From positions 95,441 to 159,440 of the forward strand of contig CALXCE010000001.1 of assembly GCA_944386725.1 (NCBI GenBank): a stretch of DNA of 64,000 nt. Direction: 5' to 3'. Below the pieces are notes generated by a model. The model had not been told where the DNA came from. It searched no databases and saw only the letters and a list, made by a program, of their open reading frames with translations. This DNA comes from an uncultured Clostridia bacterium (lineage in GTDB: Bacteria; Bacillota; Clostridia; TANB77; CAG-508). Positions 43,275 through 54,665 of the stretch are shown here, piece after piece. The position numbers and the translations under genes are program-made. Every line of letters starts with the position of its first letter. Position 1 is the stretch's first letter.

Positions 43275-44339
43275 TTAATCCAATCTTTTATCAATTTCTT
43301 GTAAAATTTCTTTTTTCAAATCTTCATTTTTAATATTTTCCAAAATTTTATTAAATCTAGCTCTAACCATAAGTTTCATAGCCTCTTTTAATTCAAATCC
43401 TCTACTCATAATATAGAACAATTCTTTTTCACCTATTTTACCTGCACTGCTACTATGATTTCCTTCTACTTCTTCCTCGGAACATAGAAGCATTGGCAAT
43501 GCAATCGACCTAGCAGTGTCTGATAATAACATACAAGCTTCATTCTCATTTCCTGTTGCTTTTTTACATCCTTTTTTGAAGTCAATCGTTCCTTTAAAGT
43601 TCTTTTTCGCTTTATCTTTTAAAGCTCCTTGTACTTCTATATCTATATTTGACTTTTTGCCTCTTAGTTCTCCTATGTAATTCAAATCAAATAGTTGATT
43701 ATCTTTTCCTAAATAAATTGTGTTTAATTGATTATCACATTTATTTCCTTGCAAATTTGAATAGTAATTGGTAATACTTCTTTTCCCTCCAAAATCTATT
43801 ATGGTATAATTTACAACTGCATTCTCTTCTAGATTATTTTCGATTGCCATGAAATTGTTCGAATTTTGATTCATTAAATTAACAAGAATCACATTTATCT
43901 TTGAATCTTTCTTGGCTAGTAATTTAAAAATTCCATTATGAAATGCCTCTATACTTTCATCTGATTCATATTTCAAAACAATAGTGGCTTTTGCCTCTTC
44001 ATTTGCGATAACTTCAATACAATCAACTAAATTTACATTTTCTTTGTCAAATTTAAAATCTATACATATTTCTTTGTTTGTTTTGCTATCCATCGTTATC
44101 TTTAAACTCTTATTTGCTTTTTTCTTTACTTGATTGGTCAGAACATCACCTAACCCGTAAACCAAGTCACAGTTTACTGTAACTTCATCGACCTTTATCC
44201 TAGAATCATTCACTTCTATTTTTACATTGTTAAAACTTCCTATCTTGTTTGGAATAACATCCTTGTCTATCTTAATATTATTGATATTAAAGTTTCTTGA
44301 AGTTCTAACAGGTGTTTCGTTTAATTTTAAATTATTCAT
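43275..44339 (-). CDS. sufD: Fe-S assembly protein SufD
   Basis: LPMLLCSEEEVEGNHSSSAG, FYIMSRG; operon position. Confidence 0.85.
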   Translation of the reverse strand: MNNLKLNETPVRTSRNFNINNIKIDKDVIPNKIGSFNNVKIEVNDSRIKVDEVTVNCDLVYGLGDVLTNQVKKKANKSLKITMDSKTNKEICIDFKFDKENVNLVDCIEVIANEEAKATIVLKYESDESIEAFHNGIFKLLAKKDSKINVILVNLMNQNSNNFMAIENNLEENAVVNYTIIDFGGKRSITNYYSNLQGNKCDNQLNTIYLGKDNQLFDLNYIGELRGKKSNIDIEVQGALKDKAKKNFKGTIDFKKGCKKATGNENEACMLLSDTARSIALPMLLCSEEEVEGNHSSSAGKIGEKELFYIMSRGFELKEAMKLMVRARFNKILENIKNEDLKKEILQEIDKRLD

Positions 44340-44403
44340 TTTTAGTCCTTTCTTCTACATTATTTCAATTCAAAAAAGAATGGTTATAATGTATTTTTTG
44401 AAT

Positions 44404-45805
44404 TTATCCGATTGCTCCTTCTAATTCTAAGTTAATAAGATTATTCATTTCTACTGCATACTCTACTGGTAGTTCTTTTGAAATCGGATAAGCAAATCCT
44501 CTTACAATCATTGCTTTTGCATCTTCTTCTGACAATCCTCTACTCATTAAATAGAATATGGTTTTGTCACTAATTTTTCCTATTTTAGCTTCGTGTGAGA
44601 ATTCTACTTCATCTGTTCTGATATCATTTACAGGTATGGTATCAGAAATGGAAATGTCATCTAACATAAGCGATTCACATGATACAGATGATTTAGATTT
44701 TTTTGCATTTTCTCCTATTCTAACTAATGACCTATAAGTACATTTTCCGCCATTTTTAGAAATTGATTTTGCATTTACTACACTTGAAGTATTTGGTGCA
44801 TTATGGATAACTTTAAATCCATTATCTAAGTTTTGTCCTCCTCCTGCAAAGGATATTCCCGTATATTCTGTTTTTGCTCCTTCTCCATTTAATATGCTCA
44901 TTGGGTATAACATAGAGATTTTAGAGCCAAATGAACCTGTTACCCAGTCAACTTGTGCATTTTTTCCTACAATTGCTTTTTTGGTATTTAAGTTTAACAT
45001 ATTTTTTGACCAATTTTCTATTGTTGAATATCTTAAGTATGCATTATCTTTTACATATAATTCTACACAACCTGCATGTAAGTTTACTTTGTTATATTTT
45101 GGTGCTGAGCACCCTTCTATAAAATGAAGAGATGCTCCTTCATCAACTATAATTAATGTATGTTCAAATTGTCCTGATTCTGGTGAATTTAGTCTAAAAT
45201 AAGATTGAAGTGGTATATCCACCTTGATTCCTTTTGGAACATAAACAAAAGAACCTCCAGACCAAACTGCTCCATGTAATGCTACAAATTTATGGTCGTG
45301 TACAGGAACACATTTCATAAAGTGTTGTTTTACGAGTTCTGGATATTCTCTTACAGCTGTTTCCATATCGGTATAAATAACACCTTGTTTGATTAAATCT
45401 TCTTTCATACTATGGTAAACTACTTCTGAATCATATTGTGCTCCCACTCCTGCTAAAGATGCTTTTTCTGCTTCTGGAATTCCGAAGTTTGTCAAATGTA
45501 TTTTTGATATCTTCTGGTACATCGTCCCATGAATTTGACAATCCAGTTTTTGGTCTTACATATGTAGCTATTTCGTCCATATTTAATTCTGAAATATCTG
45601 GTCCCCAAGTAGGAAGTTCTAGTTTATTATATAAATCTAATGCTTTTAACCTAAATTCTTTCATCCACTTTGGGTCATTTTTTTGTTTTGATATTTTTTC
45701 TATAATTTCAGGTGTTAAACCTTTTTCTATTTTAAAATCATATTCATCTTTATTTTTTATGTCATATATGTTTCTGTTTATTTCTTCTAGTTTTGTTTTA
45801 CTCAT
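44404..45805 (-). CDS. sufB: Fe-S assembly protein SufB, +1 shift at CGG 45482-45484
   Basis: IKNTFDKL-(C)-GIPEAEK...AGVGAQYDSEVVY; GQFEHTLI, IEGCSAP; ~466 aa. Confidence 0.93.
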
Positions 45806-45839
45806 TTTATATATTCCTTTCGATTTTCAACTGGCATTT

Positions 45840-46577
45840 TTATTTATATTGTGCATACCCTTTTTCTTCAATCTCCTTTGCCAACTCTTGATTTCCTGTC
45901 TTCACAATTTTTCCACCGACTAAAACATGAACATAATCAACTTTTAGACTATGTAAAATCTTAGTATTATGAGTAATAATAAGCACGGCATTGTCATTAT
46001 TTTTAAACATTTCAATTCCTTTTGATACGGTTTTTATCGCATCAACATCTAGTCCAGAATCCGTTTCATCTAAGATAGCAAGTTTTGGATTTAATACAAG
46101 CATTTGTAAGATTTCGTTTTTCTTTTTTTCTCCACCTGAAAATCCAACATTTAAGCTTCTTTCCATATTCTTCGGATTCATATTTAATTCTTCCATGTAT
46201 TTTTTCAATTCATCTTTAAATTCAAATATTTTTACTGGTTTTCCTGTCATTTTATTTTTCGCATATTTTAAGAAATTCGTTACAGAAACGCCTGGAATTT
46301 CCTCTGGTAATTGGAATGACATAAAAATTCCTTTTCTTGCAATTTCATCTGTTTTTAAGTTTGTGATATCTTCTCCGTCAAATTTAATTTTTCCTTTTGT
46401 TTTATGATAAATAGGATTATTTAAAATGGCATTTGCAGTTGTAGTTTTTCCTGAACCGTTTGGGCCCATTATGACATGAATTTCTCCTTTGTTTATAGTC
46501 ATGTTTATCCCTTTTAGTATTTCTTTTTCTTCTGCATTTACATTTAAATCTTTTATTTCTAATAATTTATTACTCAT
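45840..46577 (-). CDS. sufC: Fe-S assembly ATPase SufC
   Basis: GPNGSGKTT, GFSGGEKK, LDETDSGLD. Confidence 0.96.
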   Translation of the reverse strand: MSNKLLEIKDLNVNAEEKEILKGINMTINKGEIHVIMGPNGSGKTTTANAILNNPIYHKTKGKIKFDGEDITNLKTDEIARKGIFMSFQLPEEIPGVSVTNFLKYAKNKMTGKPVKIFEFKDELKKYMEELNMNPKNMERSLNVGFSGGEKKKNEILQMLVLNPKLAILDETDSGLDVDAIKTVSKGIEMFKNNDNAVLIITHNTKILHSLKVDYVHVLVGGKIVKTGNQELAKEIEEKGYAQYK

Positions 46578-46622
46578 AACAACTTCCTTTCTTATTCTAT
46601 TGTATTTAACATTTATATTGTT

Positions 46623-47072
46623 CTACTTCTTTCTTGCTGTTCTTCTTTTACAACATCTACATTTTTCTTTATTGATATCATAATTACAGTCTAAATCATT
46701 TAAATCTAAAACCTTATGAACATATTTTGCTAATTGATTGATTGTTTTATCATCAATTGCCAGCTTGATTTTTTCTGCTTCTCTCTTAGCTTCTTCCGCT
46801 TCCAAACTAAGCACATCCTTTAAGAATAAGAAAACAATATCATAAGCTTCTAATATTTTTTTTGCTAAATTTTCTCCATCTAATGTAAGTTCAATAGTTC
46901 CGTATGATTCATAATTTATTAGACCATTATCTTTTAAATTATATAATGCTTTATTTACACTTGGCTTCGTACAATTCATTTTTTTTGCAATATCTGTAAC
47001 TCTTACCTTTCCATTCTGTTTTTTTAATATATACATCGTTTTTAAATATTCTTCTGATGCTTTTGATACCAT
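46623..47072 (-). CDS. DtxR/MntR family metal-dependent regulator heading the suf operon
   Basis: EEYLKTMY...VRVTDIA...KPSV...LINYESYG; Cys-rich tail. Confidence 0.85.
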   Translation of the reverse strand: MVSKASEEYLKTMYILKKQNGKVRVTDIAKKMNCTKPSVNKALYNLKDNGLINYESYGTIELTLDGENLAKKILEAYDIVFLFLKDVLSLEAEEAKREAEKIKLAIDDKTINQLAKYVHKVLDLNDLDCNYDINKEKCRCCKRRTARKK

Positions 47073-47089
47073 ATCTTCCTCTCCTTTTT

Positions 47090-47134
47090 GTTAACTTCGG
47101 TTAACATTGTACTACGTTATGATTTGTTTGTCAA
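47090..47134 (-). promoter_or_regulatory. Sigma-A promoter with an adjacent palindromic operator
   Basis: TTGACA-N17-TACAAT (47134-47106); GTTAAC-N4-GTTAAC at 47090-47105. Confidence 0.7.
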
Positions 47135-47202
47135 GGCTAACATAAAAAAAGAATGCTTTAATCAAAAAACGAAGGTAAATCCTCCGCTTTTTTGCCTTAT
47201 TT

Positions 47203-47799
47203 TTATTTATCTCTTTCTTGCCTATAATGTTTTCGTTTTTCCTTTCTCTCTTGTTTTTTCTTTTTTATTTGACTTTTATAACAATAGATAAAAATAATGA
47301 TTAAAATTAGTATGATTAATGTAATTTTACTTCTTAGAATTTCTGTAACTATCCCAAAATGACTGATTTTGAATTGATATTTCCCTTCTATTTGTTCATA
47401 TGTTATTTTTTCCTTGTCTTCTGTATTATTGTTGTCACCTTTTGTTTTGTATTTCTTTATGCCGTTTTCTTCTACAATTCCAATCACTCTATGTGTAACA
47501 ATTGTTTCTCCTTGCGAAAAGGAAATGATGTCACTAATTTGTACCTCATCTTGTGGAACTTCTTTTACCAGTATGGCGTCTCCTGTCATAATAGTAGGCT
47601 CCATACTCCCTGATACAATTACAAAACTTTTATAGCCAAAAAAGTCTGGGGTTTTATCTGGATTTATAAAAGATTTTATGATTAAAGTAAAATTAAATAG
47701 AATAATAGGTATTAATATAATATAAAGAATTACGCTGATGACTCTTCCTATTGTGTGTATTCTTTGATTTTCTCTTTGAATTTTGTCAATTTTATACAT
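47203..47799 (-). CDS. Signal peptidase I (SipW-type)
   Basis: [19 protein letters not shown]. Confidence 0.9.
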   Translation of the reverse strand: MYKIDKIQRENQRIHTIGRVISVILYIILIPIILFNFTLIIKSFINPDKTPDFFGYKSFVIVSGSMEPTIMTGDAILVKEVPQDEVQISDIISFSQGETIVTHRVIGIVEENGIKKYKTKGDNNNTEDKEKITYEQIEGKYQFKISHFGIVTEILRSKITLIILILIIIFIYCYKSQIKKKKQERKEKRKHYRQERDK

Positions 47800-48373
47800 T
47801 TTTTTGACCCCTTAACTTTTGATTTAGTTTAGCATAAATATTTTCTTTTATCCAATTTTCTTCTGACTTATTTTCCACTTTTTCTATTGGAACCCATTTC
47901 ACTCCGCTATTTTCATCTTCTTTTATATAGAGAGTTTCTTTTTCATCCACTTCCAAAAGATAGGTTAAATTTAAGTGTACATGAGAAGAAACATAGTTTC
48001 CTTTTTTGATATGTCCGTTTACTGTTAGTATTTCTAAAGAGAATATATTGCCATCCTTTAATACTTTTATATTTTTCACTCCTGTTTCTTCTTTTAATTC
48101 TTTGATTGCTACTTTTAATAAATCTGCTTCTCCATCACTGTGTCCACCTGTCCAAGCCCAAGATTGATAAATATTGTGATATATCATCAATACTTTAGTT
48201 CTTTCCTTATTCACTACCCAGCTAGAAGCTGTAAAATGTCCAAATTCATTTTCTCTCGTTAAAATATTGTCAAAAGTATGTATGTATTTTAACATAGTTT
48301 GTTTATCTTTCTCTTCTTGTTCATTATATGGATTATAATTTTCTATCTTCGTTTTTAAATCATTTAAATTCAT
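47792..48373 (-). CDS. NUDIX hydrolase
   Basis: GHFTAS, GGHSDGE...[10 protein letters not shown]. Confidence 0.9.
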   Translation of the reverse strand: MNLNDLKTKIENYNPYNEQEEKDKQTMLKYIHTFDNILTRENEFGHFTASSWVVNKERTKVLMIYHNIYQSWAWTGGHSDGEADLLKVAIKELKEETGVKNIKVLKDGNIFSLEILTVNGHIKKGNYVSSHVHLNLTYLLEVDEKETLYIKEDENSGVKWVPIEKVENKSEENWIKENIYAKLNQKLRGQKNV

Positions 48374-48520
48374 TTTTCAATCCTTTCATTCTCTATTTCA
48401 TTATAGCAATATTTATATAAAAAAGAAAGCATTTTTTTCTGCTTTCTTTTTAAATGTAACAATTTGCTACTGGACATAGCTATTAATTTTATGTATTAAA
48501 TTTTATGATTTTCTTTTTAA

Positions 48521-50035
48521 TTACTTGTTAAATAATTTATTAAATAATCCTTTACTATCTTCTTTATAATTTTTACCTTTGCTTGCTTTTTTTCTGCTTT
48601 TTTCTATAATTATATCGATACTATCCTCATCATCAAAAATATTCTCTTCTTGTTTTCTTTTTTCTTCTTGAAGTTGTTCTTCTTCATCGTATTGAACCTC
48701 TTGATATTCCTCCTCTTCATCTTCATCGTAATCTTCATAATTTTCATTATTATATTCGCTTTTGTCTTCATAGTTATCATCATAGTCTTCCTCGTAGTCT
48801 TCCTCATACTCGTCTTCATAGTCTTCTTCGTATTCTTCTTCTATTTCTCCTAGTCTATAATCGGATAAATCTTTCTCAAACTTTTCTGCTATTTCTTTTT
48901 GGAATACATTGTATATGTTTTTTATTCCATCGATTCTCCAATAGTTTGAATTGATTACCGTTCCCATACTAATATTAACGTTATTGACTTCTTCTTCAAA
49001 GTTTTTCTCTTTGTCTTCAATATTTCGTAAGTAAGTTTTATTATACAATTCTTTATAAGCTTTTTTTGTTGCTTTATTGGTTATTTCTTTTAATAGCAAT
49101 TCATATAAATTTTTGATTTGTATCATATCTCGTTCAAAGTTATTGCAAGCTTCTATCATCGTTTTTTTATGAGCTCTTGTGCCACTAATTGCTGTCATTC
49201 TTTCATAGTCTAAAAAGCTTATGATATATTCTTTTTCCGCTTTTAAAAAAGCTAATTTAGCACTAGTATCTCTTAAAGTCTTTTTGTATTTGTTTAATTT
49301 AATAAATTCGCTATCCGCTTCTGCTAATAATTTTTTCATTTTATCATAAATTAAAATATAACATTCTGCTTCTTTTTCGGCAATATCACTTCTTACTTTT
49401 ATTGCTTTTTTTAATACATCTTGATCAAAAGCAACTTTTTCATTCTTTCCATTTTTCACCATGACATCTAGTGCTTCTTGCTTTATTTGTTCTTTCTCAG
49501 AAGTTATAAAATCTTTTAAATTAACTACATCTTTTACATCAATTTCATTAAATTCTGTATTTATTTTTTTGATATATTCTATATGATTTGCTTCTCCTAC
49601 TCTTTTTGCCTTTTCACATTTGTTTCTATCTTTTTGTCTTTGTAAAAAATCGCTTAAATATTGAATAAATTCTTCTCTAATTTTTTTTAACTGTTCATTA
49701 TTTTTTTCTAATTCACTTTCTATTTCCTTGAACTTACTATCTAGTACTTTGGCATCTTCACCTAAGTCATTGAATAATTGTACTCTATCATCTTCTAGCT
49801 TTCTATTGGCTTTATTGAATTTTTCTTGTTGTTGTTGCAATTCTTGTATTTTTTTTGCTGTATTATCAAATTCTTGTATAACTTTTGATACTTTATTTGT
49901 CATAATTTGATAATTTTCGATTTCATCGATTAACTCATTATAATTTTTACTATTTTGTTTTAAATTAGGTGTTTTGTTAAATCTTAGAATTTTTTCCATA
50001 TATCTTTCTAAAACAATAGCACTTCTTTCATACAT
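48521..50035 (-). CDS. Coiled-coil hypothetical protein with an acidic EEDY-repeat tail
   Basis: 504-aa ORF; degenerate 12-nt repeats at ~48770-48842. Confidence 0.75.
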   Translation of the reverse strand: MYERSAIVLERYMEKILRFNKTPNLKQNSKNYNELIDEIENYQIMTNKVSKVIQEFDNTAKKIQELQQQQEKFNKANRKLEDDRVQLFNDLGEDAKVLDSKFKEIESELEKNNEQLKKIREEFIQYLSDFLQRQKDRNKCEKAKRVGEANHIEYIKKINTEFNEIDVKDVVNLKDFITSEKEQIKQEALDVMVKNGKNEKVAFDQDVLKKAIKVRSDIAEKEAECYILIYDKMKKLLAEADSEFIKLNKYKKTLRDTSAKLAFLKAEKEYIISFLDYERMTAISGTRAHKKTMIEACNNFERDMIQIKNLYELLLKEITNKATKKAYKELYNKTYLRNIEDKEKNFEEEVNNVNISMGTVINSNYWRIDGIKNIYNVFQKEIAEKFEKDLSDYRLGEIEEEYEEDYEDEYEEDYEEDYDDNYEDKSEYNNENYEDYDEDEEEEYQEVQYDEEEQLQEEKRKQEENIFDDEDSIDIIIEKSRKKASKGKNYKEDSKGLFNKLFNK

Positions 50036-50104
50036 TTTGATGCAACCTCCAAATTTCTACATTATTTTTATTATTATATCCAAAAAAAAGCAAAAAGTCT
50101 ATAC

Positions 50105-51394
50105 CTAAAAAATTTCATTTTCATGATATTCTTCTGGTTTTAACCCAAGTCTTGTTTTCATATAACTAATCAAGCCAAGAACAGTAATTAATAATAGAAT
50201 TCCAACCAAAATCATACTATTTGCTGTGTTAGTTATTCGTAATAAATAAGAACCTAAAAAGCTAATACTCGCTCTAAATATATTTCTACTTATTGCATTG
50301 CCTGCATAAATTTGTGTTAATATTTTTTCGTCTGCAAAGTTTCCTAAGTATCTTGTCGATAAAACACCACTCATTCCTTTTACAAAATCAATCGCTATAA
50401 AACAAATCGTTATAATTACTAAACTAATACTATATGAAATATGGATAACTCCTGTTAGTCCTGCTATTAAAATGGAAACTGTTGTTATCCATAAAATAGT
50501 GGCTAATGATTTGTTTCGAAAATGGTTATGAAATTGTATTTGTCTTTTCGATCCGACTGATGAAGCAATTCCTAGAATAGCAGCTATTATAGTTATGATT
50601 TCTTCTGATGTTCCAATATCAACCAATAGGCTAGCTCGATATGTACTCATTAAACAAAAAATTCCCCAAGCAATTCCTCCATATAAAAATAAACTTCTTA
50701 GTCTTTGTGATTTTATGATAAATTTTATCTCTTGTATTAAATCTTTCATATACTTATTAATAGTGGTTTTTTCTTTTTTGTTTTTTTCTTTTTCGATATC
50801 ACTAAATCCTAATGATATAAAAGTTGCTAATAATGAAAAGCATAAACTTCCTATTATTGGAATGTAAGGATTAATAACATATAAAAATCCAGAACAAGCA
50901 GAAGTAATCGCATTTAACAAATAATAATTCTTAAGTCCTTTTCCTTCCAGTTTCGAAAATATTTCTCTTGATTTCTTTGTTTCTGGAATAGAATATTGAA
51001 TCAAAGCACTGTCTGATATATCTTTTAGTGAATAGCATATACTACTGATAAATTGGGCAAAAATTAAAGTTCCTAAATTCTGACAGCACATAATTAATAT
51101 CACAAATATACTATTAAAAATATTAGCCAAAATTATACATTTTCTGGTTCCTATTTGATCAATGATAATACTTGCTGGTATTTGAAAAATAATCATAAAT
51201 ACAGCATAAAATGCCTGACCTAGTACAATGTCAGAACTACTAATATGTTTTACTTGTGTTAGAAATAAAAATTCAATGGCATAATAAAAAATTAAGTCAG
51301 CAGATATTGCCCTATATAAAGAATATATTTTCATATTTTGTTTTCTTGCTTTCATAATTTCTTTGTTCATTTGTATTCTTCTCCTTTGTATCAT
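50105..51394 (-). CDS. MFS transporter
   Basis: ~12 hydrophobic segments; QIPASIIIDQIGTRK. Confidence 0.8.
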   Translation of the reverse strand: MIQRRRIQMNKEIMKARKQNMKIYSLYRAISADLIFYYAIEFLFLTQVKHISSSDIVLGQAFYAVFMIIFQIPASIIIDQIGTRKCIILANIFNSIFVILIMCCQNLGTLIFAQFISSICYSLKDISDSALIQYSIPETKKSREIFSKLEGKGLKNYYLLNAITSACSGFLYVINPYIPIIGSLCFSLLATFISLGFSDIEKEKNKKEKTTINKYMKDLIQEIKFIIKSQRLRSLFLYGGIAWGIFCLMSTYRASLLVDIGTSEEIITIIAAILGIASSVGSKRQIQFHNHFRNKSLATILWITTVSILIAGLTGVIHISYSISLVIITICFIAIDFVKGMSGVLSTRYLGNFADEKILTQIYAGNAISRNIFRASISFLGSYLLRITNTANSMILVGILLLITVLGLISYMKTRLGLKPEEYHENEIF

Positions 51395-51458
51395 TAACCT
51401 AATTTTTTTCTTTTTCTAGTTTAAATCCTCCATTTTTCATAATTAAAGATGTTTTACA

Positions 51459-52352
51459 TTATAATCTCTCCATAAATTTTATAATTTGCTTAGCTAAAAT
51501 TTCTTCTTTTCCTGTATAACTATGACTAGCCCCATCTATATAATCAATGTCTTTATTTGGATTTGAAATATGATTACTAACGATTGTAACTAATTCTTCT
51601 GCGTTTTGTAGAATCATTTCATTGTCATTACCCCATCTCATAAATAGAGGTGCTGTTATATTATTTAATTTGCTAAGTTCTGTATCTTTTCCATACTGGG
51701 CAAAGTCTATTTCTTGGTTATCTCTTGCATATCTTAGAAAGGTCTTAGTACTGATTGGATGAATAAATGCTTCTTTTGGCATGAATTCTAAAAGTTTTCC
51801 TTCTCTTTCTTTTTCTTCGGCTAGTTCTAAATATTGGTCAAATTTATTTCCTAAATAGAATTTTAAAGTAGTAGGAATGTCTATTAAAGAAAGTAATATG
51901 ACTCCTTTTATGTTTTCTAAGATATCATCACTTTCTTCGTCTTTTAATTCATTGTAGGTATAGACTATTTTTGTACAACCTAAACTATGTCCTTGCAAGT
52001 AGATATTTTGATATCCTAGTTCTTTTAATTTTAGGATAGCTCCTACTATGTCTTCGTAGCCATCTAAGACGTCTTCATAAGAAGTTCCTCCTAGTTTTTC
52101 TTCTTTTTTTCCATCTGTCATTTTTTTGATATATTTTACTAATTCACTTCCTCTATTGTTAAAACAAAAATAGTCAATCCCAAATTCATTGGCTTTATTA
52201 GCAATTATTTCATCTCTCTTTTTAAAGCAATTACTACTCATTCCATGTACTGCTAAAATGATGTCTTTTGTCTTTTCTTTGCTTTCATATATTAACCCAT
52301 TTAAAATAACTCCATCGGTTGCTAGAAAATTTATTTTTTTCATATGTATCAC
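51459..52352 (-). CDS. Alpha/beta hydrolase (DUF1749-like)
   Basis: VHGM, GHSLG nucleophile elbow, GASH. Confidence 0.8.
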   Translation of the reverse strand: MIHMKKINFLATDGVILNGLIYESKEKTKDIILAVHGMSSNCFKKRDEIIANKANEFGIDYFCFNNRGSELVKYIKKMTDGKKEEKLGGTSYEDVLDGYEDIVGAILKLKELGYQNIYLQGHSLGCTKIVYTYNELKDEESDDILENIKGVILLSLIDIPTTLKFYLGNKFDQYLELAEEKEREGKLLEFMPKEAFIHPISTKTFLRYARDNQEIDFAQYGKDTELSKLNNITAPLFMRWGNDNEMILQNAEELVTIVSNHISNPNKDIDYIDGASHSYTGKEEILAKQIIKFMERL

Positions 52353-52420
52353 CTCTCTTTATTTTACAATTGCATTATACACTTACTTTGCTCAGTTGTC
52401 AAAAAGAGTCAAAAAAAACA

Positions 52421-52770
52421 GAGTAAATCTGTAAGCCGGGTTCTGTCTTTTAAAATAGTCATTTATCTAGGATATATATTACTATATATCTCAAGCCACG
52501 CAAGTTAGAAGGCGCCGAGCAGGCTTAATCTTCTATTTAGGTGTTGCTTCAGATGGGGTTTACACTGACCCATTATGTCACCATAATGGCGGTGAGCTCT
52601 TACTTCGCCTTTTCACCCTTACCTTTGATTTCTCAAAGGCGGTTATTTTCTGTTGCACTTTCCTTAAGGTTACCCTCACTAGACGTTATCTAGCATCTTT
52701 GCTCTATGAAGCCCGGACTTTCCTCTCGTAATTCCTTTCGGAGATTTACCAGCGACTATTCAATTTACTC
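52421..52770 (-). ncRNA. rnpB: RNase P RNA
   Basis: GAGGAAAGTCCGGGC, AGTGCAACAGAAA, GGTAAGGGTGAAA, TAAACCCC, ACAGAACCCGGCTTA; GAGTAAAT/ATTTACTC terminal helix. Confidence 0.97.
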
Positions 52771-52846
52771 TGTTTTTTATTATAGCATAAATAGTAAAAA
52801 AAAGAAAGTGTTTTTCTAAACACTCTCTCCTCTAATATAGATTTTA

Positions 52847-53773
52847 TCATATATGATTAATTTCTTCTAGCAAATTTTTATATTTTATTAAAAATACAGA
52901 AGAATCTTGTAAGTTTACAGCATTTTGTAATTCATTTAGCATAATATATCCTTTACTAATATTATACTGTTTACTGGCCTCTATTTCAGTATTGGTTAAT
53001 AAGGTTGAATATATGTCAATTGCACTTTTTATATCTTTTGATATTTCTTGCCAATTTTGCCCATCCAATTTAGAATATCCTTTAAATATATAATACTTTG
53101 TTTCCACTAGAGTCGTATATAATTCCTCTTGTCCTGAACTTCTCAAAAATTTTGGTAAATATTCATATACATTTGTTAATTCTACTAATGTTTCTTCTTT
53201 TTTCTCGTCTTTTGCAATACTTGCCAATTTGTCATATTCAGTATTAAACCCCAAGACATCCTCTTGATTTACATTTAGCTGATATAAATCTAGGGTAATA
53301 GAAGGTAAAGAAGTGTATAAAATTTCTATTTCGCTTTTTACACTGTCCCAATCAATATCGTCTGTATTGGTTAATACACCAATTGCTTTTAATTCAAATT
53401 TTTTTTTATCTTGCTCATCTTCTCCATTTGTTCCTTGACTAGAGCTATCCGAAGAACTTCCTCCACTCGATGAGTTATCTCCTCCTGAGGAAGAATTCCC
53501 TCCTGATCCATTTGTAGATGTATTATCATTACTAGATTGTTCCGTTGTTTCTTTAGAAAATTCACTTGTTACTACACTAAAATTTCTTGACTCTATATGA
53601 TTCATTGCATTTAATAAACTCGCTATTTTTGTTTCCATATATTTAATTTCTGAAAACGTCTTTTCTTTTTGATTTTTTTCATTATCTTTGCTTGCGTTTG
53701 TATAAATAGTAAGTGACAGCACTACCACAATTACAATTAATACAATATATCCAATTCTTTTTATCTTTTTCAA
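52847..53773 (-). CDS. Membrane-anchored hypothetical protein with a Ser/Gly-rich linker
   Basis: N-terminal TM; GGNSSSGG linker; GGAGG before the TTG start. Confidence 0.7.
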   Translation of the reverse strand: MKKIKRIGYIVLIVIVVVLSLTIYTNASKDNEKNQKEKTFSEIKYMETKIASLLNAMNHIESRNFSVVTSEFSKETTEQSSNDNTSTNGSGGNSSSGGDNSSSGGSSSDSSSQGTNGEDEQDKKKFELKAIGVLTNTDDIDWDSVKSEIEILYTSLPSITLDLYQLNVNQEDVLGFNTEYDKLASIAKDEKKEETLVELTNVYEYLPKFLRSSGQEELYTTLVETKYYIFKGYSKLDGQNWQEISKDIKSAIDIYSTLLTNTEIEASKQYNISKGYIMLNELQNAVNLQDSSVFLIKYKNLLEEINHI

Positions 53774-53883
53774 ATTCGAAAACCTCCCTAATTTTCTATT
53801 TTTTCTAGTATTTGCATTTTTCTTTTACTTTATTCTATGTATAAATTTTATTCTATTTTTTATACTAATAGAAAGGTGATTTT

Positions 53884-54165
53884 ATGTTAGCAAGTGTTAA
53901 TTTATATAGTCAAAAAAAGGGTGAATTAAATCGATTTTTAAGCCGTTTTTATAATACTAATTTTGATATAGAAGATAGTTTAAATTGGGAAAAAAAATAT
54001 GCTAATCCAATTGAATTAGCAGAAATTGTTGGTATTTTTATTGATAACTGTGAAGATTATGTTTTAAGCATGTGGATTTGTCTAGATAAAAACGTTTTTG
54101 TTCGTGTTACACAAGAAAATGCAGATGATATTATTAAATATTTGTATGAACGTTTTCCTTACTGA
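53884..54165 (+). CDS. Small hypothetical protein
   Basis: GAAAGGTG SD; 93 aa. Confidence 0.65.
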   Translation: MLASVNLYSQKKGELNRFLSRFYNTNFDIEDSLNWEKKYANPIELAEIVGIFIDNCEDYVLSMWICLDKNVFVRVTQENADDIIKYLYERFPY

Positions 54166-54182
54166 GTGTCGTATTGGGAATG

Positions 54183-54620
54183 TTATTTTTCTAAAATAAT
54201 GGTAACTGGTCCATCATTTAAAAGGCTAACTTTCATATCTGCACCAAATATGCCTTTTTCAACATGAATCCCATTTTTTTCGCATTCTAAACAAAAGTAT
54301 TCATATAGTTCTTTTGCTTTTTCTGGTTTAGCTGCTTCTATAAAAGAAGGTCTGTTTCCTGCTGTGCAGTCTGCATATAAAGTAAATTGAGAAACAATCA
54401 ATAATTCTCCATTTACATCTTTTAAAGCTAAATTCATTTTATCATTTTCATCTGTAAATACTCGTAATTTACAAAGCTTTTTTACTAAATAATCAACTTC
54501 TTCTTTTGTGTCATTATGGGTAACTCCTAGTAATACTAAAAAACCTTTTCCTATTTTTCCTACTGTTTTTTCCTTAACTTCTACTTGTGCATTTTTTACT
54601 CTTTGTACTACTATTTTCAT
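54183..54620 (-). CDS. dtd: D-aminoacyl-tRNA deacylase
   Basis: [25 protein letters not shown]. Confidence 0.96.
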   Translation of the reverse strand: MKIVVQRVKNAQVEVKEKTVGKIGKGFLVLLGVTHNDTKEEVDYLVKKLCKLRVFTDENDKMNLALKDVNGELLIVSQFTLYADCTAGNRPSFIEAAKPEKAKELYEYFCLECEKNGIHVEKGIFGADMKVSLLNDGPVTIILEK

Positions 54621-54665
54621 TTTTCCAACTTATGTTAGTGATAAAAATACTAACATATCTCCTCC

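Noticed and set aside
48770-48842. Possible CRISPR or non-coding tandem array
   Set aside because: These are degenerate 12-nt coding repeats (EEDY); there is no repeat-spacer array or cas gene in the window.
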